DNA of 64,000 nucleotides from Bacteroidota bacterium (GTDB lineage Bacteria; Bacteroidota; Bacteroidia; Chitinophagales; CAMDFR01): NCBI GenBank assembly GCA_037130135.1, contig JBAXTO010000009.1, positions 17,276 to 81,275 of the forward strand, read 5' to 3'. Shown piece by piece: positions 59,531 to 64,000 of this stretch (position 1 is its first letter; each line of letters starts with the position of its first letter). The notes under the pieces were generated by a model. It saw only the letters and a program-made list of their open reading frames with translations, ran no database searches and was not told where the DNA came from. The position numbers and the translations under genes were made by a program.

Positions 59531-62311
59531 ATGAAACATTATTCGGAACAAGATATATCGACTTTAAAAGAAAATATAAAACTAAATATTAATAGTTTGT
59601 CTGACTCAGTTTCATGGGTAGAGACTAATTTAAAATACGAAGAGAAAAACAATCTCTTACTGAAGTTAAAAAATGCCAAGAGTACTTTCAACAAAATATT
59701 TAATACCATTGATTCTAAACCAGTGATTGCTATTTTTGGTGGTAGTCAAGTGGGGAAATCTTACCTAATTAAAAACTTGTTGAGCCGAAAAGGGCAACCT
59801 TTTGTCATCAAGCATAAAGATAAGGACTACGACTTTCTGAAAGACATTAATCCTCCTGGTGTTGGAGCAGAAAGTACAGGCGTAGTCACACGATTTACGA
59901 TAGACACAGTAGTCAAATATGATGATTTTCCAATAAAAGTAAAATTATTGTCTCCAAAAGATATCTTGATCATTATTTTAGATTCCTTTTTTTTAGACTT
60001 AAAAAAAATTAATGCTTTTTTAGACCGTAAAGAATTAGACCTACATGTTAAATCTTTTGAATCTAGTTATTCTAGCTCGAAACAAAGTGTATTATCCGAA
60101 TTTGATATTTTAGAAATTAAAGAATACTTTGATAATCATCTAAGCAAGCATACCATTTTGTTTGAAGGGCTTAGTGAAACTCGCTTCTTTGAAAGAATTG
60201 GTAAAATAATCGAGGGATTTGAATCAAGTGAATGGGCAAGTATATTTAATGTTTTATGGAATAGAAATGATGATTTGACAGCACTTTTTCAGAAGTTAAT
60301 TATCAATTTAAAAATACTTAATTTCGATTCGATGGCCTATTTGGCTTTCCAAGAAGTACTAAGAGGTGAAGGGGAAATTTTAGATGTGAAAAGATTAAAA
60401 GAACTTAATGATTCTACTAAACAGACAACCATAAAAAAAGAAAGCGGGGAGGAGATAAGAATGAACCTATCTCTAATAACCGCATTAACAGCCGAACTGA
60501 TTTTTTCTATTCCAACAGAACTGATTGAGGATAAAGAATTCTTGAAAAATTCGGATTTGTTAGATTTTCCAGGAGCCAGGAGCCGTCTGGCTATTGAAAT
60601 AGAAGATATCGATGCTGAGTTAATACCTGATATGTTACTAAGAGGTAAGGTCTCTTATTTATTTAATAAATATTCCGATGATTTCAATATAAACAATCTA
60701 TTATTTTGTACCAATGATAAACAACTAGATGTAAATGAAATACCATCATTATTATTCAATTGGATTAGCAAAAACATAGGTTCCAATTCTTTTGAGAGGT
60801 CAAGCGCCCTTAAAGAATCTTCTGTTCCGCCATTGTTTGTCGTATTTACTTTTTTCAATAATCAGTTGAAATTTGATACAACTAATGATTTTGAATACAT
60901 AGAAGATCATAAAAAATTAGATTATAAATGGGACACTCGTTTTAATCGTTTTTTTAAGAATGAAATTGTAACGCAAACAAAAGACTGGCATACAGATTGG
61001 ACAAAAGAACAGGGAAATTTCAAAAATTTTTACCTTTTAAGAGACTTTAAATACTCGACCGATTCGTTTGATGGTTATGAGGAAATAGGTTATGAATTGA
61101 AGTTAAAAGAAGAGCGAATATCATTTTTAGAAAAACTAAAAGACTCCTTCTTAAACTTTGAATTTGTGATGAATCATTTTGATTCGCCAAAACATAGTTG
61201 GGAAGATGCCGCTAATTTAAATAGTGATGGCTCTGAGTTAATCATCAATAATCTATCCAAAGTATCAAATAATCTCACCAAAACCAATCATTATATAAGC
61301 AAAATCAACGCTTTGATTATTGAGGTTAAAAAAGATTTGAACAAACATTTGCATACAGATGACTTATCTATTCTAAGAGCCAACAGTATGAAAAGTGTCA
61401 ATGAAATTCAGTTTTCATTGAACTCCATCTTGACAAAGGATCTTGCTGCTTTTAATAAGATGATTAAATTATCGTCTTTAAAACCTGTTGAAATTTATAA
61501 TTTATTAAATGAAAATATTGTTGTTAGTATAAATGAAAAAAGTGCTGATAATTTTGACCAAACTAATATTTTGTTATCTCAATATCCAGAACTTAAGTCG
61601 GTTAATTCAATAGATGAGGCCATAGAAGTATTAAAGCGAAATTTGTGGTTATACTCTAATGAAGAAGTAGAAATATTCTTACAACAAAAAGGCATTAAAA
61701 AAGAAAACTTTTTTTCAACTACAGAAACAAAGTCTAAAGCGCAATATTTTACAGAATTGGTATTAAATTATTGGCGAGCTAAAATTAGTAATGCTTCTAA
61801 TTTTGAATACTTTATGAGCAATGGATTAAGTCAAACCAGTCTATCTTTTTTAGCTGAGCATTGGATGAAAATAATTGATAATAGAAATATAAAAACAAAA
61901 CTAGAACGAATATTAAACGATGTTGTTTCAGAGACTGCCACTAATAGAGGTGTTGAAGAGTTTCTAGCAGAAACCTTCTCATTGATCATCAATGAAATTG
62001 TTATAAATTTTGATTTGAACTATTTTACTCCCGAAGAACTTTTAGAGATTCAAAATTTAAAAAATAACAATAATTTTAACTACTACAATACCGCAACTCT
62101 GGTTGATGCACACACCATTCAACATTTATTTGAAAATAATACGGATGAGAAAACTACTGTTAATAGTGTGGTTTTAGAAAAATACAATAAATGGATTGAA
62201 TTTTTTAGGATCTCTTTGCTAGTAAATTGCGGTTTTGTAAACTATGATGAAAATGCAAACAATCAATTGAAAGAGTTGATGAATAGTTTTAAAGAGTATA
62301 AATTAAATTAG
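59531..62311 (+). CDS. SrfC-like large P-loop NTPase
   Basis: 926 aa. Walker A IFGGSQVGKSYLIKNLL (GGSQVGKS at nt 59738..59761). Candidate Walker B ILIIILD (D151 at nt 59981). Dynamin-style DxPG (LLDFPGARS, nt 60563..60574). Long helical C-terminal half. It lies immediately after an SrfB-like gene, as in srfBC loci. Confidence 0.75.
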   Translation: MKHYSEQDISTLKENIKLNINSLSDSVSWVETNLKYEEKNNLLLKLKNAKSTFNKIFNTIDSKPVIAIFGGSQVGKSYLIKNLLSRKGQPFVIKHKDKDYDFLKDINPPGVGAESTGVVTRFTIDTVVKYDDFPIKVKLLSPKDILIIILDSFFLDLKKINAFLDRKELDLHVKSFESSYSSSKQSVLSEFDILEIKEYFDNHLSKHTILFEGLSETRFFERIGKIIEGFESSEWASIFNVLWNRNDDLTALFQKLIINLKILNFDSMAYLAFQEVLRGEGEILDVKRLKELNDSTKQTTIKKESGEEIRMNLSLITALTAELIFSIPTELIEDKEFLKNSDLLDFPGARSRLAIEIEDIDAELIPDMLLRGKVSYLFNKYSDDFNINNLLFCTNDKQLDVNEIPSLLFNWISKNIGSNSFERSSALKESSVPPLFVVFTFFNNQLKFDTTNDFEYIEDHKKLDYKWDTRFNRFFKNEIVTQTKDWHTDWTKEQGNFKNFYLLRDFKYSTDSFDGYEEIGYELKLKEERISFLEKLKDSFLNFEFVMNHFDSPKHSWEDAANLNSDGSELIINNLSKVSNNLTKTNHYISKINALIIEVKKDLNKHLHTDDLSILRANSMKSVNEIQFSLNSILTKDLAAFNKMIKLSSLKPVEIYNLLNENIVVSINEKSADNFDQTNILLSQYPELKSVNSIDEAIEVLKRNLWLYSNEEVEIFLQQKGIKKENFFSTTETKSKAQYFTELVLNYWRAKISNASNFEYFMSNGLSQTSLSFLAEHWMKIIDNRNIKTKLERILNDVVSETATNRGVEEFLAETFSLIINEIVINFDLNYFTPEELLEIQNLKNNNNFNYYNTATLVDAHTIQHLFENNTDEKTTVNSVVLEKYNKWIEFFRISLLVNCGFVNYDENANNQLKELMNSFKEYKLN

Positions 62312-62316
62312 GTTTT

Positions 62317-63030
62317 ATGTTTAAATTCCATCAAATTCCCACAGATACATTCGTACCTATATCGCATGATAATAGTTATTTATTTAACCATTATGATAAA
62401 GTTGCCAATTTTTTAGCATTTAATCTGGAGAAGAATTATAAAAATATTTTAGCTAAGCCAGTACAAAATGGATACGCTTTCGATTGGTTTTCTATTTATG
62501 AGAATTTAAAAAGCATAGATGAAAAAGCAAAAATAGAATCGGAACAAGCCTTAGTGAAATATTGGGAATTTATGGATATTATAAATCTTAAGATAGGTCA
62601 ACTTTTAAGTTCTAATGATGATAACAATAAAAATTGGGCTGATTTACTAACCAAAGTTTTTGACCATAAAAATAATTTTATTTTTTCTAACGGCACTGAG
62701 CTCTGTATCATTTGGGGTTGGAAATTTGACAATAATCAAAATTATAAACCAAACTTTGTTTCCCAAAATAACTCAATTCCAGTAGTACCTCAAACATTAG
62801 AAAGTGAACCTGCAATTGCTCAGCAAGATGATATGGTAGATGCAGCAATGGATGAATCGCCTGAGGAAGAAATTCAACCGGATGAACTAGATGCAGAAAT
62901 TATCGAAAAACCTAGTTTCTTAGAATTTTTAAAATGGTTTGCGTCTAATTATTGGTGGTTATTGTGGCTATTAATAACATTAGTGGCTTTGGTATTTTTT
63001 ATCAAATCATTGGCATTTAAAATCAGTTAA
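62317..63030 (+). CDS. tail-anchored membrane protein of unknown function
   Basis: 237 aa: a Trp-rich N-terminal domain (CIIWGWKFD), an acidic linker (QQDDMVDAAMDESPEEEIQPDELDAEIIEKP) and a single C-terminal TM (YWWLLWLLITLVALVFFI). It starts 5 nt after the SrfC-like stop. Confidence 0.65.
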   Translation: MFKFHQIPTDTFVPISHDNSYLFNHYDKVANFLAFNLEKNYKNILAKPVQNGYAFDWFSIYENLKSIDEKAKIESEQALVKYWEFMDIINLKIGQLLSSNDDNNKNWADLLTKVFDHKNNFIFSNGTELCIIWGWKFDNNQNYKPNFVSQNNSIPVVPQTLESEPAIAQQDDMVDAAMDESPEEEIQPDELDAEIIEKPSFLEFLKWFASNYWWLLWLLITLVALVFFIKSLAFKIS

Positions 63031-63032
63031 TT

Positions 63033-63527
63033 ATGAGAAATTTCTTCTATAAAAATTGGGTACTGTATTACGTTACTTTTTTTCTATTAATAGGATTATT
63101 GATTTATGCTTTGTTATGGACTCCAGATTTAAGACTATATACCAAAACAATAAATGACTTAAATAATCAATTGCAAGATTGTAATAACAAGCCAATAAAA
63201 AGTGAAACACCAGACAAAGTAGACAAGACTATTAACTGTGATGCTACAGTTCAATCTGGAGGAACCGGTGAAACAACCACCCAACACGATCTTGGAAAAA
63301 GCAGTGGAACTGTCGTCATTGAATATAATATGAAACTTTTGCCAGATCAAATTGATGTATACTATGACAATGTCCTAGTTGCGTCATCTAATGGCCTTGT
63401 AAGTGGTGAAAATAGCGTTCAATTCAAATATACAGCTGTAGCAGGAAAACCAACTTATTGCATCGTTCAAATTTCAGCACCAGATGACGATACGGAATGG
63501 AATTATTTATTAAATTGTCCACAATAA
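63033..63527 (+). CDS. N-terminally anchored membrane protein with a small Cys-bounded beta-rich domain
   Basis: 164 aa: TM (WVLYYVTFFLLIGLLIYALLW), a short helical segment, then INCDATVQSGGTGETTT...VVIEYNMKLLPDQIDVYYDNVLVASS...YCIVQISAPDDDTEWNYLLNCPQ. It starts 2 nt after the previous stop. Confidence 0.65.
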   Translation: MRNFFYKNWVLYYVTFFLLIGLLIYALLWTPDLRLYTKTINDLNNQLQDCNNKPIKSETPDKVDKTINCDATVQSGGTGETTTQHDLGKSSGTVVIEYNMKLLPDQIDVYYDNVLVASSNGLVSGENSVQFKYTAVAGKPTYCIVQISAPDDDTEWNYLLNCPQ

Positions 63528-63535
63528 GCTAAAAT

Positions 63536-64000
63536 ATGAAAAACAATAAATATCCTTTGCGTTACTATGTATTTTTATTCTTAATGCTAGTTTTGACCAT
63601 TATACTTTGGTTGCTTTTTTATCATCTGGCTCCTGTTCATAATTTGAATAATAATGCAATTGTAAGTAGTTCACTAAATCAAAACGACTATTGGCAGCAA
63701 GATTATCTACCAAAACAAGTAGGACAAATAATCCCTATTGACACTACTAAAATCATAAATGACTCTATCAATCAAAGAAGGATTGTTTCTAATTTAGTCA
63801 ATATTGCTATAAAAAACACAAGTAGTTCCATAGCTAAGTTTGCCAGCGATTTAAAACAAAATTATCCATCTAACGATTACAAAATAGTATACATTGATAG
63901 TGTTATTAGTAGGCTGCAGGTAGAACTTCCTGAAAACGAGAGAGAGCATTTTAAAACTGAGGTAAAAACCAAACTGAACGGATATAAATTATTAGTTTGG
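63536..64000 (+). CDS. N-terminally anchored membrane protein, 5' part (open to the right window edge; absent from the ORF track)
   Basis: The ATG at 63536 is 8 nt after the previous stop. Translation MKNNKYPLRYYVFLFLMLVLTIILWLLFYHL...KTKLNGYKLLVW runs 155 codons with no stop to nt 64000. One N-terminal TM segment. Confidence 0.6.
   Translation, partial: MKNNKYPLRYYVFLFLMLVLTIILWLLFYHLAPVHNLNNNAIVSSSLNQNDYWQQDYLPKQVGQIIPIDTTKIINDSINQRRIVSNLVNIAIKNTSSSIAKFASDLKQNYPSNDYKIVYIDSVISRLQVELPENEREHFKTEVKTKLNGYKLLVW

Noticed and set aside
1-64000. A search by eye for tRNA/rRNA genes, CRISPR arrays, transposases, integrases, inverted-repeat-bounded elements, and intergenic repeats shared between spacers.
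   Set aside because: None was recognised. Intergenic regions are short except 52961..53236, 54621..54950 and 55587..56183. Those contain no tRNA-like GTTCGAATC-type arms, regularly spaced repeats or terminal inverted repeats that I could detect. A computational scan (tRNAscan-SE, Infernal, MinCED, ISEScan) would be needed to exclude them formally.

Overview
This is an AT-rich chromosomal window from a Bacteroidota genome. The phylum call rests on type A and type B T9SS C-terminal sorting domains, a PorP/SprF protein, a PorV/PorQ-like barrel and a CarboxypepD_reg-type TonB-dependent receptor. I recognised no rRNA, tRNA, CRISPR array, transposase or integrase.

Nt 1-52,960 is mostly core genome:
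- Housekeeping genes: uvrB, the yceD-rpmF-fabH and efp-accB-accC clusters, pdxA, pepA, rsmA/ksgA, greA, ruvC, an M3 oligoendopeptidase, a Glu/Leu/Phe/Val dehydrogenase and a DnaQ-GIY-YIG fusion.
- Cell-surface blocks: a BNR-propeller T9SS cargo; a three-gene outer-membrane cluster (TonB-dependent receptor, 1440-aa protein, PorV/PorQ-like barrel); and a type-B T9SS module (two ~1430-aa adhesin-like cargos, PorP/SprF, and an OmpA protein with PorE-like architecture).

Nt ~52,960-64,000 looks accessory. It has long AT-rich spacers, a frameshifted MORN/YwqK-like gene, an XRE regulator, a 19-codon gene remnant and a DUF805 protein.

The top candidate for an undescribed system is a tightly coupled operon at 56184 to >64000. 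It encodes an SrfB-like actin/Hsp70-fold ATPase (1005 aa), an SrfC-like P-loop NTPase (926 aa), an unlisted 39-aa ORF between them, and four small membrane-anchored proteins. One of these runs off the window and is missing from the ORF track.

All calls come from reading the translations and hand-counting coordinates. No database search or composition calculation was run, so family names are recognitions to be confirmed by HMM or structure searches.
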